Positions 1 through 12,613 of a stretch of DNA of 64,000 bases are shown here, one piece after another. The position numbers and the translations under genes are program-made. Numbering within the stretch: position 1 is the stretch's first letter; every line of letters begins with the position of its first letter. Source of the DNA: Kudoa neothunni (Eukaryota; Animalia; Cnidaria); assembly GCA_964304625.1 (NCBI GenBank), contig OZ199838.1, positions 13,351,945-13,415,944 of the forward strand. Reading direction: 5' to 3'. Below the pieces are notes generated by a model that saw nothing but the letters and a program-made list of their open reading frames with translations, was not told the DNA's origin and searched no databases.

Positions 1-5
1 TACTT

Positions 6-1331
6 TCACTGATACACTAATGTTAGGTGTAGGAGAGCTAAAATCAAGCTGACATACTGAAGAAACTAGTTTATCAAGGTATGATTTTCGAAGGGATAGA
101 TCCGAGCAACAACTGGGACAATTCGGGCGCTTTCCACGTATATCTATCTTTCTGAAATCATTTTCAAACCCATTATAAATCAGAAGTTTCGATGCCAAAT
201 TGGATACTAAATTAAAATATCAATTAAAATGATCCACCACATTTGAAATTTATGTTACCACTATCTCCTAAAACAACTTTAATAACTTCGGTTGCTTGTA
301 AACATCCCATACATCCAACCACTTGATTCAATTGAAAAATCAGTAGATAACACTATTATAAATACCTGGCCCAATAACACCATCTTGATCACAACTTCTG
401 CTCGTTACTGCAGCACCTTGAGGAGGGTCGGGAAATAGACAACGAAAACATGGACCTCCTTTGTAGTTGTAAACTGTCAACTAATCCACCCAATAAGAGA
501 ATTTAATTAAGAATATTTTATTCGATGTAATTCTCAAATATTACTTGACCACTCCATATCAATGCTCCCGCTGATACAAGAGGTATATTTAGCTGAAGAG
601 CCAACTCATTTATCAGATATCTATGATTATTGTAACAATGTAGTTCAATTGTTTGAAAATATTTAATAATTACCTAGTTTCCATATTGTCAGTACAATCA
701 GCAACTACTGTGAACGATCTATTAAAAAGGTGAGAAATGCAATCAAGTCGATTTTTGTTGGTTTCTTACGGATCAAGAAACTCGTTGTAAGTATCGACGG
801 AAAATTTGACACATTTTGATATTATTTCAACGTCCGGATTCAACCTTCACAATATTATGGTATTTAAATCATATCCTACTCATATTGAGCTACATTCGAA
901 GTCTTTTTGCCAGAACGTCCACCTTGTTTTTGCCCACATCTTCAGTTGTGTATAAAATTTGGCGTGATAAATTACTCATGTCGATTGTGTCGAAATCGAA
1001 CAATGTCAACTTTCCTAAATTCCATAGTTGATAATTTAGATAATTACGGGGTTTTTTAGTTAAATCCATAAAATAAGTCAGGCTTCCCTCATACCTACAC
1101 CAGCTCCGACGAGATAAGCCGTAAGGGGACATCCTAAACCTCCAGCTCCAAATACAACAACGTGAGCATTTTTCATCTTTTCCATCCCTATTTTTAAAAA
1201 TCACACACATTTCATATAAAAATCTAATAAGCAGAAACAATGTTACCATCGCTTCCATTCATTTCCTTAACAATAAAATGGCGAGAATATCTTTTATAGT
1301 CATTTTCTGTAAATGGTATTACGTATTCCAT
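6..1331 (-). CDS. MOCS3: MOCS3/UBA4-like adenylyltransferase (ThiF/MoeB family), multi-exon; the 3' end may run past the window edge
   Basis: Spliced translation [19 protein letters not shown]..., [63 protein letters not shown] introns, e.g. 1188-1246. Confidence 0.85.
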
Positions 1332-4300
1332 TGATCAATATTATTTTCAGCCTAACTATTACACTAAATTCTATAAAATTCCAACGTGGAAGTTGATTTG
1401 TGGTTTGCGCAGAATCAAGCAATACCCCTTTCATACTTATTTAATGGGGTTCTAAAGTCAACGTGTGTTTTACAATATTCAATGTTTAGTTTATGGCATA
1501 TTTTGGGAACTAATGTGTCATTTTATAAAATTTGTATATACTTTTAAGTTGAGTAAAAATCCTCAAAAAATGTTTAATAGCTTTTTTGAAATATATTTTT
1601 TATATATAAACGACATATTATTTAGTATTGATTGATTAATCAATTAATTAACTTCAACAGCATTTTATTTTTTGAATTAATCCAGGGGTTTCCATTCCAA
1701 CTGGGGGTGCGAGATCCGATTAAAATTGAAAATAATTTTTGATAAATTTTGAATCAGTTACTCCTTATCGTACGCAAAGGGATGTGAATTTCGTTTTGTC
1801 ATCAAATGGAGGTGTGAGTCTAGTTTTAGCCGAGAAGCGCTTAATTAGTCTTTTCTGTACGCATGCGTGTCAATTATGTAATCCCTGTCAACTGTCGTTT
1901 AATTATGTAAGGTAAGCAGTTCTTATCCTAAGAGTGTAAAAAATGACAGATTATTTTAAATATAAGTTATTTTAAACAATTTAATATTCAGATATCTGCA
2001 TATAGTAAATAAACACCAAAATCTTGAGTAATGATTAATTTAACTTAACTTTTCATAATCCAACAATGTTTTTCATCCTCTCGGTCAATTCTCAGACTCA
2101 TACAAAAATATTCCATGACGCGCGCGCCGAAATAGCACACAATGTGTTTATTTAGCCACCGTAGGCAGAATTGATCCTATATTTCGCGCTTTTCGAATCC
2201 CATTTTCAAATAAATTGGTTTTTTTTCTTGTTTTCCCATGTTTTTATTTTTTTGTTTCTGTTAGAATACCAGAGAGGTTTTAATCAGATAAAGGGTGGTG
2301 CCCTTATTAAGTCCTTTAAGAAATATTAGTGGTAATTAACGACCATTAATAAATATCATTAGAATTCTCAAGATAATAATAAATTCCATGATTAATATAT
2401 AAACCATTATTACCTGTAAGTAGATTTCCTGTTGTATTCTTGTCATAGTGTTGCATCTATCAGCTACTACAAATCTAATAATTTCATTTTGGATCTATAT
2501 AGAAATTTCTTAATGAAGAAAAGCAAAGATTACCGGCGCGGTAAACTTTTATTCTAAGCGAGTATGCACATTACACAGATAAATATTAAACCGTTTGTTG
2601 ACTCCTTTTTAAATACAAATTCATCTGTAATAATGGAAACAAAGGTTTTCCATTTTTTATCCCGCCATTTTAATCCACATTACTCTTTATTTTAGAATAG
2701 CTGATTTTCGATCCATAATAAGATATAAATCACATAGATCTTCTGGATCTCCGAGTATAAAAGTTTGTCTAAGAGTTTTTAGGGCTTATTTAATTTTAGG
2801 TGCAGACACTTTGGCCACCAATTGTATCTTTTTGTACTCATAATCAGAATTACTGACGCATGGTTCGCTATTAAATTAGGCCACTAATAAAACGCCCCCC
2901 CCCCCTCATTTACGCATCATTTGTTAGAAAGGTTATTGCTGGAATTTTTTTGTTCTATCGATAATATTCTTGAAAGAGTTGGATATTCTTCACATCCAAA
3001 AATATTTATTATCAAAACATAATCCCTCTTTCGGCACAGGCTATCCTTACGGTAAGGAATATCTTCGAGAATAGCTGAGATATTACAAAACTACTTTCAT
3101 TAATGTGTTAAGCTATTTTTTATTTCCTCATTTATACAAAATTTATTATGTTATTTTTTTATTAAACATTTCTGATGAGTATGATCCTTTAATCATCCTA
3201 TATTTATTGAATTCACATAAAATGCACTTATTCGTAAATACGCTTGCGGTAAAATATGTTTTAAAGGATGAAAATGACGAATTCCACACTACTAATAAGT
3301 TCAGGGGTTTGTCATGTATCACGTGCGCCGTGCGTTCTAGCCAGCCGAAGTAACCTTGTCTAATACTTTAATACGTCACGAAATGTCGTTTTTAATGCTT
3401 CAAAGCTGTTGATTTTTAAAGAAATTTCAGAATTTATTTGTTGGCTTCCATTTAAAATTGATATATTTTATGTATACCACATTTAGAAGGAATATTTACA
3501 ATTTCTAATTCTCGATTTTTGAGAGTAGGTGTCCATTTTTCATCCAACTATGAGATTTTTGTTCAAAATTTAATGTATAAAGTTTTGAAATAATTCCATT
3601 CCTTAAACCAAGCTTTTTTTGAAATAACATTCGAAAAGGTTTGCTCTGTATCAACCACAGTAATGTGTAATGAGACAAATTTATATCCATTGATAATCAA
3701 CGCACAGAATTTATAAAGAAGTGATGAAATTAAAAAATTCCCATATGTTTTGAATATTAGTGTTATTTTCAGTGGAGTGTAGCGGCAATTTACGGTATCC
3801 CTGCATAGAAGAAATCTCAAACCAATAAGTTGTCCTAAATAATCATGGTAAAGAAGAAAATCTCAATTTAATAGTATTAATTCGCTCATCCACAAAAATT
3901 TTGACGTTAATAAATATTTGTCGGTGGATGATATATGTGTTGAAGCAGCCATATACATGTCAATAGATTTTAAAAAATAAATATAATTTTAAATGAGATT
4001 AACAAAATTCATAACGTATTCTATTATTTAATCAACTATCCAGAACATTGTATCTGCTATGTAAGCACAGACAAATCGATCCCAACTTAAATTTAGCGAA
4101 TACGTGGGGTACGAATAAAGCATTTTCTCCGCAAAATAAAAGATCCACTAAGTATTATTTTGACAAATAAGGTTATACCTATGCAAATTTAAAGAACGAA
4201 ATACGATAAACGCTCAAACTCACCAGGGAATTTTAATAAAAAGATATCTTTATAAAATTTTATTTTAGATGAAATAAAAAGTAGCCTTACATATTGATGG

Positions 4301-4979
4301 AATCAATTTTATAATATCTTAGTTATTCTTGGAGATATTCTTTACTGTAAGAATAGCCATTGCCTTATTCTATAACTAAGATCGAATTTTGAAGCAGTCC
4401 ATTTTTAAACCATTCATTGATTAAACTAGATTATAATAATTGACAATTTTAAATTCCTCACCAATATCCCTCTTTATGCATGACATGACCAAATTTACTG
4501 CGCAATATCGTATCGAACCAAGATGGGGTTTCAGGACCCTAGAATTGTTGCGTAATATTGAGAAATCTCATATTATTATTTTTATTCATAAATCTTTTCA
4601 CATATATTATACGAGTAATAATGTACTTATTAGTTAGTAGTATCCAAATTTATGAATAATTAGAAAATTCAAGATATAAGGGACAACTACGCAATACCGA
4701 GTAACGCTATGTCGAGACACAGCTGTATATAGATAAAGAGAGAAATTGTAACAATTCTGTAATTACGTCACCCTAACGAAATAACATATTTATTCAATAT
4801 AAAATAATATATTAAAACAATTTTTAATTAGGTTAACTAAAAATTACGTTAAAGTTCCAGCCTATTTTCCAAAAATTCTTATTATGATACGTATTTGTCT
4901 AAGTTACTCGTGAATCATGGAAAAATGTCGAACAAAAATATCAGAATATTCGAGAATACATAATAATATAAAAACAAAG

Positions 4980-6410
4980 TCATCTGAGAGTTACATTAAA
5001 TTTTTTAGAAATATTTTTCACGATATTATCATGGATGGAGTTGGTTTCTTGGTGGGAGAGTTGTTTGGTCATCGACCTGTATGTGATTCGGTAGCACCTA
5101 CTGAGTAGGTTGGTTTTAGGATGAACAAACTGATCGATTAATTCTACCTAAAATATCAATTTATCACAAAAGAAATAGGAGATCAAATTGAAGTAGCTTA
5201 CTTTTTCAACGAGACTTCCTGCATGTTCTCGGAAATATTCATATAAATCATTGTGATCCAAGATGGCGTCGGAATTGATCCAAAAAGAAACATCTCGGAT
5301 GGATTCTTTATATTTGCTGAAGGATGTAAATTTACAGTCTATAGTGTTGTTTTTGAATTGATCATAAAATCTTGAATCATCGCACCAAAAAAGACGTATA
5401 TCGTCAATTCCGAATTTGAGCATGGCCAATCGTTCAAGTCCAATACCAAAGGCCCAGCCAATTTTATGATTCATTCCGCCTTGATGAGATTAAAACTGAT
5501 TGATGACAAGGAGCAAAAAGATACAATTTCTAAGAATATCTTGATGTAATCGACCACATCCAAGTATCTCAGTCCAATCAATATTTCTCTGTGTAGAACG
5601 TATTTCAAGTTCGAACGATGGATTCGTGAAAGGGAAGGTGGAGTCAACCCAACGCATTTCAAAGTCTTCTCGAAGGAAAAGTTTCTTTAATAAATCTTCG
5701 AGTGTTGTATGTAGATTATCGATGACAAATTTTTGTCCATCACACTCGCTTTCCTAATAATAAAATAATTAAATAAATAAACGTGGTCGAATTTTACAAA
5801 AACTCTACTTTTATAGCTGCATCACTCTGAGAATATAGACAAACTCCATCCACTTGATGAAATGCTGGAAAGTGTGATCGATCAATTTCATCTCTTCGAT
5901 ACACATCACCAAAAATTAAAAATCTATCCAGATTTTGCCGAATCAAATCGTTATCATGAGTGGTGGTGTGAGCTCTAAGCATGTATTCTTCATTGAGATA
6001 ATAGTTATCGGACTTGTTTCGACTAGGATGATCACCTAACAAAAAACAACTCAGCCAACCATCGTAATCTCTAGAGGTATCCTACTTGATATTAACAGAT
6101 GATCAAAATTGTCGCAGACTTTTACAACAGGAGAAAATTGTTTATTATCGAATATTTGAAAATTTAAAGCGCTATAATGGTTCTCAATGAAACGTTTCAA
6201 AATACACAACGGATGGCATTCTTTCTCAAGAAAATTAGCATTCATTCTTGCCAGTATAGTAGGCGTCACATTGGTCCATTTATCCTTGATATATTTACTA
6301 TTGTTCACGATAAAGTGTTCATTCTTGCAATAGTTTGAATCCTTAGTACAATTAGGAAGATGGCGAGTAAATTTTTTAACATTGTTAATTAGAATTCGCC
6401 AATTAAGCAT
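4980..6410 (-). CDS. FARS2: Mitochondrial phenylalanyl-tRNA synthetase
   Basis: [67 protein letters not shown], and a C-terminal anticodon-binding domain (RDVSFW...CYRITYRSM...VTLR*). The frame is continuous after splicing. Confidence 0.93.
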
Positions 6411-6465
6411 TTTAAATTTTGATAATAAAAAATATTTAAAAGGACCAAAAAACCTGAGATCAAAC

Positions 6466-6476
6466 TTGCGCGTGCG
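6466..6476. promoter_or_regulatory. NRF1-like GC motif (TTGCGCGTGCG) in the 81-bp bidirectional FARS2/TAPT1 spacer
   Basis: The only GC-rich word between two divergent ATGs (6410, 6492); resembles the NRF1 consensus YGCGCAYGCGCR. Confidence 0.45.
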
Positions 6477-6491
6477 TGGAGTTTTAAAGGG

Positions 6492-8488
6492 ATGGGAAAT
6501 AATAAGGGGTACGATGTGGATACGTCGTGCCATGAATCATCAGAAACTAGCAGAAATAATTCTTCCCTAAATGAGTCTACAAATCAATCAAAAAGTATAG
6601 TTCATACATTTGAATGATAGTCAAATGTATAAATTCACTTTAGAATCGCTAGATATGGACGAATTTCTTTTGAAAGAATTGTGGACCACATCTGGGAAAT
6701 ACGCAGAAGAAGAAATCACATGGAAAAATACTCATAGATTGCGAGTTTTTCTTAAAACACCATTTGAGCTGGAAAAAGTCATTATTTGGAATGATTTATA
6801 ATAACAGTCGTTTGTGTAGGTGTTATTTTTGCAAGTGATGTGTTGTTTGGACAATTATTTATGTTTTTTGACGGTATATCCTTGTGACTTGACAAGGCAA
6901 TTATTTCAAAAATTATCCAACCCTACTGGGTATGTTTACCGCCTCTCACTTATCAACATACTGACTAATTTTTAAATATCTAATAATGATAATAATTTTT
7001 ATAGTTTTCGTTTAAATATGAGACTACGTTGCTATATTCTCTATTTTCTGCTGATCATCGCATGTCTGTGCGGACTTCGTTATGTTCAAATACCTTATTT
7101 GTACCATGTTATCAAGAAACAATCCTACATGAAACTATATGTTTTATACAATATGATGGAAGTACGTTTTTAAATAAAATATGGTAAATTTTGACGTTGG
7201 TTCGATTTGTTGTTATAGCTAACAGATAAATTGTTATCTTCTATTGGATACGATGTAATGGATTACACTTTGCTATTGTCGACACACAGCTTTCCAGAAT
7301 CGAATTTTGATTTAACCAAAGCAGGCTTAATGCTTTTGTTCAGTTTTGGTTACATGTGTAAGTGTTGATGAGGATGGCGGATCTTACAGTAAATTGACTT
7401 CAATAGATTGTCATGTATTGGTTATGCTGATCCAATTGATTATATTGAATGTGGCTGTATTTTCACAGAGCAATTTGCTGTTTATCTTGGTTTTGTCGAA
7501 TCAGGTATGACATTTATTTGGTTGAATGTGTTTTCTTTTTTATGTAAAAACGAATAAGCTGATCAATTTATAGTTTGCTGAGGTGAAAAGTCATGTTTTT
7601 AAAAAGTTTGATCAGAAAAATCTACTAAACGTAGTAAATTATGGTAATAGTTGAAGATTTGTCGTTTGTGATTGATTGATTGATTGGTTGGTTGGTTGAT
7701 GACAGACGGCAAAGAACGATTCTACGTGTTTGTTATGCTGTCAAGCACATTTTTCATCAGTTGTTTTCATCCAAGAGTTACATTGGGTAATTTTTTCATG
7801 CCAGATTATAAATTTATTGGTTTTTTTCTAACAACTGTTCCAATGTGGTATCCAGGAGAAATGATCAATATTATTCGAGACCTTTTCTCCACTTTGCTCT
7901 CGGAAACATGCATCGATTGGATCAAACATTCCTTCATCACAAAATTCAACTATATTGACCCTGATGTTAGTGCAACTTGCAGAACATTTAAATCGATGAT
8001 AACTAATATATGATCTCATTTAGGTGTATCGGAAACATTTGGAAATGTTTTCAACTATAATTATCAATCATGTAAAATATAATGTAACAGTTTATCTCAT
8101 TTATTTTAAAAAACTCTATTTTACTTATTTTTTTGGTCTAGAATGATTGTTGTATTTCAGAAATTATTGTAAGAAAAGTTGGATTTCATCCGTTGCCTCT
8201 TATTATTTTGGTAAAAATTGACTTTTGTTATTTGGCCGGAGATGACGCTTCTAATTAATACATGTTCTATAGACTTGCCACATTTTCACTCAGTTTATTC
8301 AACTCAATGCAAACATGTCTACGGTTTTTCTACTGAGTGGTTTATTCTACTGGTAATTGATTCTTTTTTCGTTGTTTTGGTTGACTTAGTTTGGTAGTCT
8401 AATGCAAGCAAAGCGTCTCACAAGTGTTATCATATTAGCTCTAGCTTCTCGTTGGGTTCATCCTCCACAACCCAATTCTTCTTCTTGA
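6492..8488 (+). CDS. TAPT1: TAPT1/EMP65 family membrane protein, multi-exon
   Basis: FLKTPFELEK, CCLDNYL, LYHVIKKQSYMKLYVLYNMME, FAEVKSHVFKKF, DGKERF, SETCIDWIKHSFITKFN, RKVGFHPLPL. Confidence 0.88.
7669..7700. repeat. Compound (TGAT)n/(TGGT)n microsatellite in a TAPT1 intron
   Basis: tgattgattgattgattggttggttggttgat is directly visible. Confidence 0.7.
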
Positions 8489-8660
8489 TTATGACATTGT
8501 AGAGGCTTATTAGAGATTTGTATATATTCAAATTAGATTGGACTTATTTTTTAAATCAGCGTAATCAAATTTTTTTCTTCTGTTAAAATTTAGTCTTAGA
8601 TATTTCTTATTTTTTTAATAATCAAAATTTGCACTTCGTAGGGTACTCAATTATTTAGAG

Positions 8661-9031
8661 CAGAGGTTCTCAACAGGATTTTTAAATTTACCCTCTCGGC
8701 CTGGTGATAAAATACAAATTTGCCCCCTTAACATGAAAGCCAAATTCATATCTAATTGAAGGTTTTATACTGATTTAAGTATCATTAGGCTACATTCCAA
8801 AAGACAAACGAGGTATAAAAGGAAGAGACTGGAAATATTTTTATAAATAATTGTTACATACTTATTCCTAAAAACATTTTAAGCATTTTACCAATACCTT
8901 AATTAAGTCTAATAACCTTGAGTGATATAGACCCCTATAAATCCTAAAATAAATAACAACCCGCATTCGATAAAAATTACCCCTATCCAATTTTGATGTC
9001 GCTTAATTTACCCCCCGGTTGAGAACCCTTG
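8661..9031. mobile_element. hAT/Charlie-like MITE
   Basis: Termini cagaggttctcaac and gttgagaacccttg (12/14 inverted match). A partial inverted copy lies at about 41470-41567. TSD not preserved. Confidence 0.6.
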
Positions 9032-9384
9032 AAGTATACGATTAAAAAAAATCAAGTCGAATATTATTCGTAATTGCGTTCAATATTATAACTTTAATTT
9101 TTGATTCGGTACTTCATCAGATGGATGGTTTAATGAAATATTTAAATATGAAATTAGTATTATAATCTTTTATCTTTTGAATTATTGAACCTTAACCACA
9201 TAAAATTCGTTGGAGAATAAAACATTGGATATTACTATTAAAGTGTTCTTTGAGAATTAGAAAAATTAATAACTAAAACAAAAAGCGAGAACTGTATAAA
9301 CAAGGCACATAAGGAAGCGTATAAGTAAACACAAATAATTCAAAATTATCATAACTTGTAATCATCTAAATCAAAATGCCACAG

Positions 9385-12300
9385 TTAGTATTCTTGTAGG
9401 AGGAGTTCTTCAATACGTAACTTGATGTCCGAGTCCAACGAACAAATGTGATCATCAAATTGTGACGGGTAAACACTCTTTATGTAAAATAAATTAGGAA
9501 AAACAAGCAAAAAGTAAGAAACCTTTAATTCATTTGCAGTGAATGCAGCTATCTCCAAAACATTGTCATAGGAACACACCGAGAGTACATCAAGACAAAA
9601 TTTTAAAATAGTAGGTAACAACTCCGTGAGTTCCACGGTGGAGGAGGGTAAACATTTCAAAAAAACATCGACCAAGCGAAGTAAAAATATAATAAAGTTT
9701 TCAGATTTAATGGATCTTGGATATGCGATTAAGGACTTGAACATTGGGAAATAGGCGTCAACCATTTTCTCTGTGTATATTGGGAGGGATTCTTGGACCA
9801 GATACTCGATCCCATCTAAGGAGCTCTCAAAAAAGTATTGTTCATCTCCAAATGGCGGCTCCACATAGTCATTATCTTGATCTTTTCTGGAAAGGAACTC
9901 ATTCTCTGTTCGAGCGATAATATCTATAATATGATTATTAAAGATGTCGCCAATAGATCTAATATCCAGCGAATTCAATGCTTCATCAAAAGTGGAGATG
10001 GTGATACACATTTTGAAACTAGTGATTATAAAGTATAATGTATGGTCTGTGTATTTTTTCATTAGATGAAGAAAAATGCGCTTCAAATTTTTATTCCAGG
10101 TATTTTTAGCCCCTTGCAAATTACCATGGATTACAACAGACCTAAATATTTCACTCACGCCTCCAATTACGACTACGATTCCGCAGGTTTCTTCAAGGGT
10201 TTTAATTATTTCAAGCATGGTGTTCAGGAATAATTCTGCATACGGAGAAAATTCCTTCCCCTGTTTCTTAACTAACAATGACACAAACTTGCATAACAAA
10301 CTAGCCCCATCGTTATTCTGGTTCAAAAATGATTGATCGCATTCAAAAGGCGAAAACTTCCCACTTAAATAATTTCCTGCATTCCTATTATAGCAGGTGG
10401 CGAGTTTGTTAATTTGAGATAGATAAAGGGTAATAGAAGACCCAAGACTTGGCAATATAGGTACAAAATATTCCGATTTGTGTGTCGCTAAGAGGCGAAA
10501 TAAGATCGGGTAAAAGCAAGGCAAGATATCAAGATAATCCTCGGGTAGATTATGTGAATTTTTAAAGTCTTTCACATACATCAAGAGTAATTTGATGGAT
10601 GTATCCCGTCTGATTTCAAAATCTGATTCAAATGTTTCATTGATACAATCTAATCCAAGGTGGAACAAGTGAACCTCGTTTGTTTTATAGGCTCTATCCA
10701 GCACATTAAGAACACTTGCGACAATTTCTGGTAGGTATGGCTCAATTTTATCATTCAACATAACGAACAAATAAGACATTTTACTATGCACAAATTCTAA
10801 CATTGATTTTCCAAAACAAGTGTCATCGTTTTCGGATACAGCTGAAAATAAATCCAAGAAAAGTTGGACCATACTCTTTGAAAATATACCATAATCAGTT
10901 ATAAGCGCCTGTCTATAGAAATATCTAAAAGAGCACAGAGCAGTTTTCTTGACATCGAGCGAGATATGGTTTCCTGCAGACTTAACAATCAATGAAAATA
11001 CATCTCTATGCAAGTCGCTGAATTCTGGGTCATTGTAGTCATCGCACAATATTTCCATCATTTCAATTGCAGCACAAACAGTTTTTGAATCACCATTACA
11101 AAAATAAGGTGTTGCTATTTTGAATATTTCTCTCGGATCGATTGATATTGTTATTTGATTGGTTGCTGCCAACGTACGAAAAGCGATAATCATTCCAGAA
11201 ATATCCTTTCCATCAAATTGTTTAAAGAATTCTATGAGTTTGGTCAGTAACAATGGGTAGACTCTTTTGGTTCCAAGTATATGCGCAATCTGATCAATAT
11301 GAGAGTATGTGGGTGCTGTATCTTGTTTAAAATACACTGCCTTAGATTTCAGATAATCTAAGAACCATTCACCAGAGTCATTTGTGAGAGACTGGATCTG
11401 GATAGACGTCGCGTTGTCAACAATAATGGGGATGTATTCGCAAGGATTGGCTTGGTTGTCATTAAAAAATTTGTGAATAATTAACTCGAGCCAATAATAG
11501 AATTCAAACGAGGCCGGATTCTCGAGATTAATGCTATTAAGAGTCTTAATAGTTTCTCGAATGATTAAGGCTTGATTTTTCTCGAAAATACTTTCGTCTG
11601 TTATGAACAAACCTTGTAACTTGCTCACAAACTCAAATCCATTCGATGTATTCACTAGCACTTTCATCGCATCCATAAAAAGAGGAACCAAATGGGAAAA
11701 TGGTTCGTTGGAAGTGTAAGATTCGTTATTTTTTAACAACAACAACTCCAGTAGATCCATACAAAAGAATGCCATCTAAATATTATTAAGAGTAATTATA
11801 TTCTTTGGGGTTGGATAATTTCACAATATTTTAACTCCACATTTTGAAATATATATCAGAAAACTTTTATTAATTTTCCGTTAAATTTATAAAATGATTT
11901 TTAAAGATAAAATAATACTTTGGGTTTTCCAGAGAAATCTCTAAGCAACGCCATAAAAAATTTTTTGTACTGGGCTAACTGGCGCTTTATGTTTTTGCCA
12001 AACAGAATAGGCATTGCTCTAAATTCTCATTAATGCAAAAACTGCAGGGTTCATTTACTCCAGTGAATTAACAACCATGTCCGCCAAGTTAGGTTGATCG
12101 ATTGCTACACAATTGCTCGCAAATTCGGCAAGCAAAACCCATTTGTTTATTTTATAGTTATTCATCACTTTAATAATCTCAAGACACAACGAGAGCAACT
12201 TTTCTTGATGTGAAGAATTTTTTTCAACAAACAGTAACGAAGTAACAATGGACTTTGAATGACTCATCAATTCATTGTCGGCATTATTGCCGTTAAGAAA

Positions 12301-12613
12301 GTATGACATTATTTGGATGAGCTTCGAAATTGTCTTCTCTTTCAGCTAAAAATTTAATTTACTGTATTGATAAGTACGAATTTGCATACTTCGTATGTTT
12401 TGGAAGAAGAGAGCACATCCAATAAAAGTCGAATTTTTTCTGCAACTGGAAAAGAATTAAACTGTTCCTTAATAGTTTATATTAACAGAGTTAAAAAATG
12501 TAACCCACTTCAACGCCGTGGTTCCTTGAATCATATCCGATCGCCATTTGATCCAAAACGGAACAAAAACATTCAACGTCTAATAATTCGACATTATTTC
12601 TGTTCGGATTCAT
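9385..12613 (-). CDS. Divergent importin-5/RanBP6-like karyopherin-beta (HEAT repeats)
   Basis: N-terminal EEQFNSFPVAEKIRLLLDVL resembles the IPO5 N-terminus and IDQIAHILGTKRVYP resembles IPO5 LDRMACGLGGKLVLP. 796-aa helical ORF 9385-11775 plus about 4 small 5' exons; probable in-frame intron at 9478-9522. Confidence 0.6.

Noticed and set aside
2400-3100. Possible decayed hAT transposase on the minus strand
   Set aside because: Only one weak motif (FVSIITDE) and no paired termini.
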